From NCBI GenBank assembly GCA_002633005.1, contig NMRA01000264.1:442859-506858 (forward strand): a stretch of DNA of 64,000 nucleotides, in the 5' to 3' direction. The stretch is from Phoronis australis (lineage: Eukaryota; Animalia; Phoronida). Position 1 is the first letter of the stretch. Every line of letters begins with the position of its first letter. Shown here in pieces: positions 12,745-25,200 of this stretch. A program made the position numbers and the translations under genes. Under the pieces are notes generated by a model. That model was not told the origin of the DNA. It made no database searches and saw only the letters and a list, made by a program, of their open reading frames with translations.

Positions 12745-13375
12745 AAATGAAAATTCAGGAGCAAAATCTAAGTAAAGGGAAAGTTCAGATTCGTGCAAAC
12801 TGAATTAACTTCATCATGAACCTCGAAAGGCACAGTTTTATTAATTCTTGGACCAAGTCCCTTGATATTATCACAGGGCCCTCTTGGAAAGCAGTGCTAT
12901 CACTGAAGAGGCCACTCTCATTTTAAATATCACAATAATAAAAAAATAATAATAATAATAATAGCTGCGGATTGTCAGTATGGAGATTTTCGATCTGCTC
13001 CATTAAGTTTTTGTTATAAGCTCTTTCAGTTTTTCTCAAAAGTTTGTCAAAATTGTTTTGGGAATTTTTAAACACTTTTCTAGATTCTTTCTTAACTGCT
13101 CTATTCCCTTTACACTTCAAAAATTCTTTTTCCTTGTGGCACATCAATGTTCATGATACAGATAATTGTGTATTCCAATAAGGCTTGTAGTACTTGATTT
13201 TTTGCGTGAACGTTTACCAACATCCTTATACCGGAGATGGGTGTCCATTTGTGAAAATAAGTTATGGCAAAAACAATCATAAGCCATGTTTACAGTTTCC
13301 TGATTTTCACTTCTTGAATTTGCCTCTCTAATGGCTCCCTCAAATTCCGGTGAACTCAAAAAGTTCTCAGGCTAA
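12745..13375 (-). mobile_element. Duplicate of the 5' part of the same LINE fragment
   Basis: Near-identical to 8562-9110. Confidence 0.8.
12877..12960 (+). mobile_element. Very short 5'-truncated retroposon 3' end with (AAT)n tail
   Basis: Absent from the other copy (8691-8700). Stem-loop ggccctctt..cagtg-ctat-cactg..aagaggcc followed by an aataataat tail. Confidence 0.65.
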
Positions 13376-15346
13376 AAGAGAGATAGAAAATCATCGACTA
13401 TTCCCGTCTAATCCGTGACTTGAGTGAACGATTCCTGAATGACGGTCATGTCCTTGAAAACGCATTGATATCACCGTTGGCATCAATGCCGGAGTTGTTA
13501 CTTTGTTTGGTTGTTTTGGATTCTCATTTTGGTTCTTTTCATACAAATTTGATTATCTATTGTCTAAATTTTACCTGTTCTTTGCATATGACGAATGGTA
13601 TTTTAATGCATAACCATAAGTTTGTGAAGTACGTAGCATTTTCCGCTGCCAACACTCGGCTACTGAGTTCACCCTGATCCAACGCGAGCCGGATACGTCA
13701 AATTTCAGCAACAGTACCCGTTTAAATCAGAGGAAAAATTCTAGATGAGAAAATGTCTTATCTTTATTTCATGATCGTGAAGCTGATGCCAAGTACGTAC
13801 CAGCCTGGTGGGAGCAATTGCAGTGTGACTACCCTGACGTTTGAACGCATTTCTGCGACTTGGCAGCAAATCGGCACCGGCTTTACTGGCCGTTAAGAAT
13901 GTAAAAAAGAAGAAGAAGAAGAAGAAAAAAACATCCACAGAAGGCTATGTTACAACAAACAAAAACAAGTTTTATTTCAAATCAGTCAGCTCCGCACCTC
14001 AACAACAGGCACCTGTGCTTGATTTTGCTGCCAAGACACAGTAACCGGCGAAGCAATTCCCTAGCAGTTGCCGTGACTCTTAGCCAGGAAAATAATCACT
14101 GGCTAAATTTATTTCAATTATTAGGGAAAATGTATTTTAAAACGTGACAAAAACTTACAATATACCTCTGTTGTCTAATAAATTAAAAATTCCGCGATTG
14201 AAAACGCAAACGGGAGGAGAAGTGTAGTCAATGAGCTGAATGTCGGAGATGGGAAAATATTGCAGTGTTAGGAGCATGACGCAATATTCGTCATACAATA
14301 TTCCACCATGCGAGGCGGTTGGCTCCCGCGCCGCCGGGCAGTAGCTTATGCGAATGCTTTTGGGAAAGCGGGGAATTATTTACTGTATATTTAGTATACA
14401 GCTTTACGCACAAAGGCTAGTTATTATGATGCTTCACCCGAGAGTCAAAATTCCAGTTTTTTTTACTTGACTAAAGCGTCAAATTGGAGTGTCCTGTACC
14501 GCACAAAAGATTTCGGTGGATCAATCGGCATCAATCCCCGGCGGTCATGTTCAGTCTCCGGCGGTCCTGTTGTTTTGGTGGGGTTGTCATGTTTTCAGGA
14601 GCGTCGGTCCAATTTTCTGGTGCGGCGGTCCCATCTGATCCCCGTAGGTCCTGTTTTGTGGTGAGTCACTCCGATTTGGAGGCGCGGTGGTCATGTTGTT
14701 TCCCACCCGCTGTTAACTTCGATCCAGGACAGAAGTTAACCATTCATACTGACCGCAATTCCCCCAACATATTGACCCGCAGACGTTAGTATGAAAGGGT
14801 CTTAAAGAGGCATGGAACGCAAAAAACTCGTCAAAAATATCTTTTAAACAACTCCTGAGGAAAGTACCATCTCGCAACGTCTAGTACAGCGTAATTCCCT
14901 TTCCCCTGTGAAGAAGTTTCCATAAAAAACACAAAATTCACAATTTTTGAAATACTGGTAACCACAGAGTTTGTAATTCCTCCCACTTATGATAAATGCG
15001 CACATGCACTCAAAATCAGCTGCTAGCTTGAAGACGTTTTTTTACAGGTCACGTTTTCCATAATATGGGAAATGTACGTCTATGTCTTGCCATACCAAAT
15101 AAGGCGACGTCCTTTAATTGCCTTGTGGCAGAAAAATCGCCGAAGTAGCGAACAGTTGACAGATCGATATTTGAAAATTGAAACTAAAAGAAACTGTTTT
15201 GATATATACAGAAATTAAATATATTTACGAACAAACCCTAAAATTACCTGGTGAACACGTTGAATTCTGTTTCAGTAGCAGAGAACCACTTTCAATATTG
15301 TAATTTAGTCTGTTTAATGTGTTCCAGTCCTCTTCAAGATACATAC

Positions 15347-15494
15347 CTTCAGTAACCACGTCTATTTCGTTGGGATTGTGATCCACATGGCCAATAATGA
15401 CGAAAGAGCCATCAACAGCCCAACTGTCGTCACGCACTTTCTGAAATGCCTCCTTAAATCGTCCTTCATCAACAACTTTAACTTCAGTGGACAT
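15347..15494 (-). CDS. Second copy of the paralogue's first coding exon (inside duplicated segment, likely alternative haplotype)
   Basis: 148-nt exon MSTEVKVVDEGRFKEAFQKVRDDSWAVDGSFVIIGHVDHNPNEIDVVTE with intact splice sites; 3 aa differences from 11249-11102. Confidence 0.6.
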
Positions 15495-16399
15495 TGTGTT
15501 GAAGCCTGAAACACATGAGAATCCGGTTATCCTGGCCAGTTTTGTCTCGATTGTTTTGAGTTTATGAAAGAGGAGTCCTTCATTTTTTCGCATAAACTGT
15601 ATTCAAAATTGCTAACTGCCTTTCTGCAGATAATGGAAACTTTGCCAAATGTCTCGCGTTACGACATCTACTCAGTACAAACCATGCTAAAAAGAAGGTA
15701 CGCCATTGTCCTGTAAACGACATGCTGACATTGTATATCCTGAAGCTTTGTGTGCGTTTTTTCGATCGTGTTTTCTTCATACCAGCAACATTTTCATAAA
15801 GAGCCATATGGTGTTTGTGAAGTCAAGTTTTCTATACCCACCAAAATACTCCACTCTGAGCACGTGCATGGCTGACATGAATTACCAAACTTGACAAATG
15901 ACTGGATTTGTCACAATATTTTCTGGCAAAGTACGTACCTTAGTCTGATCAAACACTGAGCTTTGCTTGAACAAAAACGGGCACAAAATGGTGTTCTATT
16001 CTGCCAACTGAGAACGCTAGCTAGACGCGTAAACCGTCTATAAATAAATATGTACCAGACGACACTTCGTTATTTGTTTTGTGTTTTCTCACAGTGATGC
16101 AACAACGAAAGCGCCTAGAGAATATTGCACGTATCCGCCTCATTTGACAATATATTTTAGTACCAGTTCAACGATTACGTAAGCCTGTCTGGCGTAGTAA
16201 CTTCAAATCTACACACCTGAGGGTCAAACGGCCCGAAGAACCTCTTCATAAAAGTGGTAGTTCATAGATACCAACAAAAGACAACACCGGACTATAAAAT
16301 TTGGTCCAGACGGAGCGCTTTGACTGGCCTCGCTCGCTCGGCGATAAGGCGAATGTTTTTTACGTATGTGGTGATCAAAACTGTACGGGAGATATTTGC

Positions 16400-18850
16400 A
16401 ACGATATCTCAAAAATGCTTCATTAGATGCAAATAAAACTTACATAGCTACCTATTACGAGAAACGCATTGGGGAAAGTTACGATTTTATGCGCCCACAT
16501 ATATATGTGTAGGCGCACTATGCTGGTCATCCCTGTCAGTCCATCCGTCCGTTGCTGTATCTCCAGCCCCCCCCCTTGTTCATGAAAGTTTGCACATGTA
16601 ATCCTTTCATAAATGGGACGGCATAAGCGAACATTCAAACGGATCCGACCACCGGTGTGTCCCTCTAGTGGCAATTTTAGTTTTTCACGTTTACCTCTGT
16701 ATCTTCAAAGGTTCTCAACGGATTTTCATAAAATGTTGTAGATAGGCATCTGTTGATGAGTTGACACTATCCTTCAGTTTTTGGATGGATTCGATGTATT
16801 TTGCACCACCTAGTGGCCATTTTTACTGTTTTCGATTCTCTTTTTTTGGCGTCCACCCACTATCAACCAAACTAGGCCTATTCTAAGGATGATTGTGAAA
16901 ACTGGCACTATGTTCTTACTGCGAAGAAGACGGCTGACGAAGATTTTCCGACGACTTTGACTAACGTGGCGCCTTCTATAATGGTAGTTTTTTGCGTCCC
17001 TGGCTGTATCTCCTGAACTCACTGCAGGATCTTTGTTACATTTACCAAGTGTATTTGTATGAAATTGACTACGGACGACGACGACCAATTGGGAACAGAT
17101 CCGACGAACGCTGTGCCCTCTAGTGGCAATTTCATTTTCCCGTTTTCATGTGTTTCTTTGAAGTTCTTTGTTGGATTTTTATGAAATTTGGAAAATAGCT
17201 TTCCATTAAAGTAACGGTGGCCTGTTTCCATTTTCGGATGGATTCGACGTAATTTGCGCAATCTAGTGTTCATTTTTGCTGTGTTTAGTCTGTTTTCGGC
17301 GGTGTCCTCCCCTCTTTCAACCAAACCACTTTAAGGAAGATTTGAAAAATTGGCGTTTATGTTTCTGCTGTGAAGAAGGACGGCTGATGATTTTCAGACG
17401 ACTTGGACTACTGTGGCCGGTGCCTCCTAAGTGGCAGTGTTTTGCATTTCTATGGTTGTCTCCCAAGCCCTCTACAGGATCATTATTAAATTTATCAAGT
17501 GTATGTATATGAAGTTGACAATGCCGGGCAACTATGATGCTTGGTCGGATCCGACTACCACTGTGCCCCCTGTTGGCAATTTTATCATTTTTGATGTCAT
17601 CTGTATCTTTGAATCTCCTTGGCAGATTTCAACTACCGCCGTGGTTCCTAATAACAATTTATTTTTTTTTGTGTTTGCCCTTTTATCTTTAAAGTTTTCA
17701 AGAAATTGGGCAAAAAGCTTTGAGAAACTACGACATCTTCCCATTTTCGGATGGTTTCAAAGTTCTCTGTGCCGTCTAATGGCCTTTTTATGATACTAAA
17801 GAACACCCCTAAAACATGCCATTTGGGGTGCTGTCGTGGGCGCATTTCGACGCTTCGCGTTGATTTCGTTTGCTTTTGCAAAAGGTGCTATCAAAGATGC
17901 GTAGTTTTATGAAACAACGTAAATTTGCTTACATAAAGCAAGCCCAAAAAGGCAACTTAAAAATGCAGTGGCGTTTTAGAGGTTTGATTTTTTAAGCTTT
18001 ACAGGTGTTCGCACAATGCACTCACAATTCTCTTGGATTGGACTCTGCCTTCGGGTCTTGTTGTTGTGAAGCTGTGTGTGTGTCGTTTCGTCAAAAGTCC
18101 AAGACAAATCGACCAACTCTATCATTTATTCCGAGATTATAGTATTTTGGACACTGTTCAAACTTCTTCTTTGTCATATCTTCGGAGTTTTCAGATGGAT
18201 TTTCATGAAATTTGGAAAATAGCTTTGAGAGACTACAACACCTCCCCATGCATTTTCAGATGGGTTCAATGTATTCTGTGCCTTCTAATGGCCTTTTCTA
18301 TGGAACTAGTAAACATCCCTAAAAGCATATCTGTTGCGGTGCTGTTGTGTGGGCGTATTTCAAAGCTTTGCGTCAATCTTGTTTGCTTGCAGAAGATGCT
18401 TTCGAAAATGCGTAGTTTTGTGAAACTTGAACGCAAAACATGCTTGTATGAATTAAAACCAAAAACGAAACTTAAAAATGCGGCGTTTAAGACTTTCAAA
18501 TGCACTGACTCAAAATTTTCGTGGATCGGACTCTACGCCAGGGTCTCGTTGTTGTGAAGGTACATGCGCGCACCCAGCCTTTTTGACCTTCTGCTAACAC
18601 AAAAGCGGGGCGACTAAAAAAAAAACGGGGTACCACCTTCAGGTCTGTGAACTGTTCGTCTAGTGGAATTTTGTCTAGTTTTCTAGAAATTTTTGTTTCT
18701 CTGAGGCGGACCTTTTTACCCCCTTCGCCAAATGGGGGCGACCCCCTTGGGTGCACGCATTTGTGTCGTTTCGTCAAAAGTCATTGACAGGTTGACCAAC
18801 TCTATCATATATTCAGAGATTTTAGTATTTTGGTCCCTGTTCAAATTACT
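16400..18850 (+). mobile_element. Helentron/HINE (DINE-1-like) non-autonomous element with ~150-bp internal tandem repeats; partial duplicate at ~11970-12743
   Basis: gtccatccgtccgt microsatellite near 16540, followed by repeated units containing ggatttt(c/t)atgaaatttgg, ggat(c/t)cgac and gtgccctctagtggc. Boundaries are approximate. Confidence 0.55.
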
Positions 18851-21800
18851 TCACTTTTACGTCAGTCGATCTCAGTCTGAAACTGGCAAACGGATAACAC
18901 AATATCAGATATAAGCACACGTATTTGCTGGCCAAGGGGTAGGGGGTGCTAAAGATCCACATCACTGCGATACCTGTGAATTCAGGAAGATAGATAAAGA
19001 CACTAAAATGTTGTCTACCTTATCTCTGCCGCCCTGTCGCCACAAATTCTAATTATAAACACCACCCGAGACTGCAGTTGAAAGACACTTTGCATGGCAT
19101 ATAACTCAATCCAACAAGCTACACGAGGTGATACTGGAGTTCTATGGTGACATTATAAAATTAACGGAGGAATAAACCCGGTTTTGGTCAATAACAAACA
19201 GCTAAACAACGACAGTCCAATCCACCTCCCTGAGACAGAACAATGCAATCAAGTGTTATCCTCGTCAACCCCAAAAGCTTCCAGCACTAATGAAAAAAAA
19301 TCCTCACCAATTCTGCTCAACGTGACTCGCATGCTTTTAGAAAGCTACACGACAACCATAGGCTGCAGAAAGTCTTCCCAAAAAGAACCAAAACATTCAT
19401 TCCTATGACACACGGTCTGCTGTTAGTTTGATATTAGTAAAACTGTTCACGTTACACCTTTTGTACACATTTCTATAGGATTTCACACATTTTCGTCCTA
19501 AAGCGATCGGCAAGCGGCATTTCAAGTCACCAAAAGTCTTAGGTCTAAATGGCTCACACAACTGAGCAGATTAACAGCTCGTTAGTCTTTCTTGCCGAAA
19601 AACACTGTTCCCAGAACGTTAGATTTAAAGTTTCATTTGTAAATTAGGCTTGAGTTCGGTTTACACGTGTTTATAATTCATCGTTGTCTTCTGCGATAAT
19701 GGTAAAAACTTGAGAAGATACTTACAAGAAGACTATAAGTTAGTTAATTATAACGTTTCAAGCCTACAGCTCAGACCCTTGATAACATGACTGAATTGTT
19801 TGCCACTCATCTATGACCAGACAAGACAATGGTGTAACTTAACACTTTTACCAATGCTATGTGTAAACTGTTGATAGCACTTAATGTAGCTTCCATTACA
19901 ACACCCCAAAATAAAAAGAAAATTGCAAATAACCATTGTATTGAAAAAAGGTGTACAATGTATAAAGCCAAATTTAATACATATAATATCAGATGCATAT
20001 AGGAATGGTTAATTAAGTTAAATAACATGTGACTTTGCTTGTTACTAAACATTTAAAACTGACACTACATACATTTAGGAATGATTTTTTGAAGTCTCAT
20101 TCCAGCTTGAAATTTCAAGCACCAGTTCTAATAAAAACTTCAAAATGAAAATGAAAATACCATAAATCATGAAACTTCATAGATTTGGGTTACACAGAGT
20201 CATACTAAAATATGCCAATAAGTTACACCTTGACATTTAATGTTTAATACTCATAACACAGAGATTGTATTAGCTACATTTAGTAATACACGTATTCTCC
20301 TAAGTCATGGTTAGACTGTTAACATTCAACAGTGCTGAGGAATGTCTTTATTGAGGCAGTTCCCTACATGTTAGCATAAGGGGACCCGCCTGAAGATGTC
20401 CAAAGAACGGAGCACCTATATTAATGTATAGTGCCAAACTTTGGAAGCTTGAAATTGAATTTCTTGCCTATGCCATTTAAATGAGAATAATCTAAAATAA
20501 TCAGCTGTTCTTAATGAAAAATTCCTAGTTACTAAAATTCCCAGTTAATTGCTGCTCCCCTTCACCTGGAGTGTTCTACTTCCCTAATCAAACAAAATCG
20601 CTTAATTCTTACAAACGCAAGATCTGAACTACACTTGACCTCACTTAACTTGCCACCTTCTAGACTGCGATAAAAATGGCGACAAATGACAACTTATGCG
20701 CAAGTATACACATGCATGAGAATGCAATTGGAACTGGAGAAAATGCGATGACTTCTGCAGGCTGTCAAGTGTTCCAACACTGTTGTGAATGTTCATTTCC
20801 ACAGAACATTGTATCACGGTAGCTAGATTACATAACTTAGACCTGATATACCATTTGCTTGGTGCTACTGATCTTTTATGAAAAAAAAAGATTTCCCTTA
20901 TCGACCATATTGTGTCATAAATTAGCGAGATTTTACAGTACATAATTTAAACAAGTCCAGAAATGCATAGTTTGGCAAAGGAGGAGCAGCAGAATGGGGG
21001 AAAACTTTTAATCAAAATAGCACCAGACTCATGCACTTTCTTCTTACTAGTAAACTGTCATCCTTAATTTCACTGTGGTATTGTTTGTCCACAGGGGAGA
21101 AGGGGCAATCACCCATTAAAATGTCCAAAAATCTTAATTTCGATGGCGAAAATTTGTGACATCCAAGGCAGGAGGATGTGCTCATATTTTGTTTGCCCTT
21201 CACTGAAGAAAACCTTCACTGACAGTACACACTTATGATGTACAGCTTGTACATGAACAAAGCTTACAAAGAAATGTCTCAGTGGCTGAAGGCAGTTAGG
21301 GTGTATACTGAAACAGTTTCAAACAGCACGTGCATAAAAACAGATTACAGCCAAATTAATATACTTGTCTACAGAATAGCAATTCTTGTATTAATTCATA
21401 TACACCAGTACTTTGACATATCTCTTGAAATGGCTTGAAAACCTTAGAATAGTTCACATGCATGGTACAAGCATTCACTCATAAAACTAACCTTCGAACA
21501 CATAAGGCAGAGGCGCTGTTTTTTTCTTAGACATGTTAGGAGGTAGTCACACTCCTAACAGTTACTAGCACACTTGGCTGACATTTTGGAAGTTTAGATT
21601 TTACCACCTAATAATACTATTCAGTTAACCTGTTTCGACCACAGCAAGCATTGTTTAGTTAAAATGCAATCTAAATTTCTATATGATGCAATGTGCAATA
21701 CCATTAAAGCTGCAACTAAGTCGCTTTCCACAAAAAACTTTTGATTTAGACAATTTACCGTTTTAATAGAGAACTGGTCTAAAACTGTTCTTTAGACACG

Positions 21801-22233
21801 AGTCGATGGCTTTCAAAGAACTGACTACTATTTGAGACCAAGCTCTAAACGTTGGCTTGTCATGGTGTGTCGTAATATGTACCGAGTATAATCTCAATGG
21901 ATAACGAACTGTCAGTTCTTCGCAAACCAATAAATCACTTCCCATCTGAGCAAAGAACAAGTTAATACCAGGTTTACAAAGGTAAGTGGTTTAAATTATA
22001 AGTTTGCTTGAAGTTGGGAGACAATTTTTAGATGACTGCATTTTTGTTGCAGGACATCACAAACTAAAAGTGAAACAAGAAGCACTAAGAGTATTTAGAT
22101 GTCACACCTGTACTTTGATGAAAGCTTCAAAACTTCCTGGTTTCAATAACTTCAAGCACCGCGACCGAGTACACTATCATGGCAACTGTGAGCACAGCAA
22201 CCATTTTTTGGCTAAACCCTAACCCTTAACCTT

Positions 22234-25200
22234 TTACTCGGAAGTTTTAACATGGCTCTTGCTCCCACTGGTAGCCATAACCTGCAAACAAAAGAATGTC
22301 AGTCTTTAAAGATACTCCTTCTAATTCATTTCAGTCAAAAAGTTGCTGAAAAGGAATTTAAAATCAGTTTAAACTTATTACTAACTGATGCTCTTTCATT
22401 GCATAATCAAATATATTCAATCTTTAAATAATTTCTGATGGTGCACCAACAAAATGGCCGCCATAGCTTCATCAATTGATTAAAATTCTTTTACTTTGAG
22501 AAGTATGAAATAATAGAACCATGACCAGAGATGCACAGAATACTGTCAAGATAAAAATGAAAGCTCTATAGTTTGTAGATTTTGTCATCAATAATTGTGG
22601 ACGAAGGACCAAAATGAAGAACAGAAAATCTACAATCAAGCTTGTAAAGTAGGTGATCAGGTTCTAAAAATTCGTCACCCCGATGAACATCAGTCATGAA
22701 GGAAATCTGCACATAACAAACTGTGAAGGAATCATTTCCTACCTTATCAAGAATCCCCTCAGCAGTGAGTTCCCTTCGTGAGGTAGCAAACAATGCCAGG
22801 TGACTAGGATAGAACAATTCTTCTACAGCTCCCTTGTGAGTCGCAATTTTACCTTTGGACATTGGCTTCACGTTGTCACCTACCCTAGAATGTTATTGGC
22901 CAAACTTATTTGAAATATATCCCGTGTCATAGCATAATACATTACACATACGTATAGTGAAAATCTTATCAGGCAGGTTGACCTTGACATTGATGCCATC
23001 CAACCAGGAAACACAGACAATCACTGAAGCTCCCATAAAATAACCCTAAAGTAGCTACAAACCTACCTTTCGCCACAAAAACTGACTACGTACCATGATT
23101 AGGAAATTTTTCTCAAATTTTTACTACTAAAAGTCCAATTCGAGGTAACTTACTTTGTTTGTTGGTTCAATATAGCTTAAACCATACCCGCCTGAGTTTA
23201 CGCCCATCTTCAACTCTGCACACAACAACAACATTTCAAAAATTAAGTTTATGCTCTTTTTAACACCCATGTTCAGATTAAAGCCTATCCCCAATTTGTA
23301 CAATCAAAACTTTCTTGGCAATAACTGTCTAATTTGAATTTAATCTCCCAAAACATACAAAATTTGCTTTTTAATACCTAGACATTCTGCCAATGTTGTA
23401 TTTAACTAATGGACATTAAGTCTAACGTCAATGTAGCTCCCTGGGTATTAACCTAGAACAGTGCAGTAATTAGTCCTATCCAGTTTTAAAAGCTGCCAGA
23501 AGATGAACAGTTTTCTTGTTGTTAGGCTATTGAAGACAACAAATAACACCAAACAAGAGAAATTTTTAATGCTAGTAGACAAGAATTATGCTGTCAGAGG
23601 TAACTGGATGTATGTCAAAGGTCACATATTAACATACCATGTAATGTAGACAAACTTTACAGTGCTGTGCTGATCAATGACGTCAGTCACTCTGTACAGT
23701 CCATACATAACCGCATCGTCCTCCAGTAATGCTGTGAGCTCATTCACTCCCTCACTACCCGAACCAATCAAGGTCAATGGTTTCTTTAAGTCCTTATCTT
23801 CATAACCAACAAGCACCCAGTTGGTGTTTGTGCCATCATCTCTGACATCAGCTATTCCAGAAGGCACTTCAGGGTTAAAGGTCACATCTGCTCCTTTCTT
23901 GCTGACAGCAGGCACTGCACTGCTGACTTTTGGAGGTTTACTTACAGGCACAGAGGTAAAGCCACGATGCTGGCGTAATGCAGAGCTGTCAGTTTCATCC
24001 AAAACTTTGGACTTGGTACCACTTGATTCAGAAATCTACAAACATCATGTTTTAGTAAAACAGAGTGCAGGCAGGTTCACGTTTGTTTTAAGAAACCTCT
24101 CAATCTTGGTTTTTTACAGTGAACTTAGCTCTTCCCTAATGCTTTTGGATATATTTGATTTTTGGTGGCTGAAAGAAATTATTTTTACCAATGAATAAAA
24201 ATGATTCTTTCACTTTCCATCATGATTATATAATTCTAGAATTTCACAAGTGCAACAAACAAGAAAGATGCAAAGCGTTCCAATATCCTCATGACTGCAC
24301 CGTATCGTCAGCTTCTAGTGGACGTGTTTATTATTTTAATAAATGACATATAAAAACAAAAAAGGCACCAGGAGGCACAGCATAAGTTAAATCTATTTGA
24401 AACGAACCAAGTGCTGTCATCTCCTTGATGGAAACTTATTTGTAAAATTTTGTGAGCATCCTTCAAGTAACTATGATTTTGAGGCACATTCCATAAAACA
24501 AGATTCTGCCACTAGGGGTGCCTCAGTAGTTGAGTCTTCCACAAATCTACATCAGCTACGACCATCTAGGAACACATCAGATGGAAATTTCATGTGGATC
24601 CATCGAGCGCTTCAATGAAGGACGCCAAAAAATGGATGCAAAATTAATAAAATAGGTCACTAGGGGGCACTCAATACATTGAATACATCTGAATATGGGA
24701 AATTATTGTCGCTGTCTTAATAGAAGTCTATTTCCTAAATGTCATTGAGGTAGAAATAGACACATCAGCAGAGGAAACCTAAATTGCCACTAGGGGACAC
24801 CACAGTAGTTGGACTTGTTAAAAACCATCAATGTGATTAATGCTCATGCCAACAGAAACACATCTGTGATAATTTGATGACAATTCTACGTTTAGAAGGG
24901 TGGATAGAGAGACTTATGCCAAAAAACAGAGACAAAAAATAATAAAAATGGTCACTAAAGAGTGCAGATTAGGTAGAATCTCCTGAAAACTAGAAGGAGT
25001 GACAATCTCCAAAACAGAAAACTATTTGCCATATTTCATGAAAATGTGAACTCGGGAAATAGAAAGACAAACCTAAAAAAAAATGAAATTGCAGCTAGAG
25101 GGCACAGTGGTGGTTGAATCCATCTAGTATGCTGTCCCTACTCAGTACTATTTCCCCAACATCAACCAAGAGCTTTTGGAGGTACAGCAGCGGGCATTAG

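Larger units (their letters stand above)
8562..17656 (+). repeat. Near-identical tandem segment pair 8562-12743 / 12745-17656 joined by one N
   Basis: Sequence after N12744 restarts at 8562 (aaatgaaaattcagg); sequence before the N recurs ending at 17656 (gttcctaataaca). Copies differ by SNPs and indels. Confidence 0.9.

Noticed and set aside
22212-22232. Telomere-like ctaaaccctaacccttaacc just after the ADF-H stop codon
   Set aside because: Only about three degenerate units, compatible with chance.
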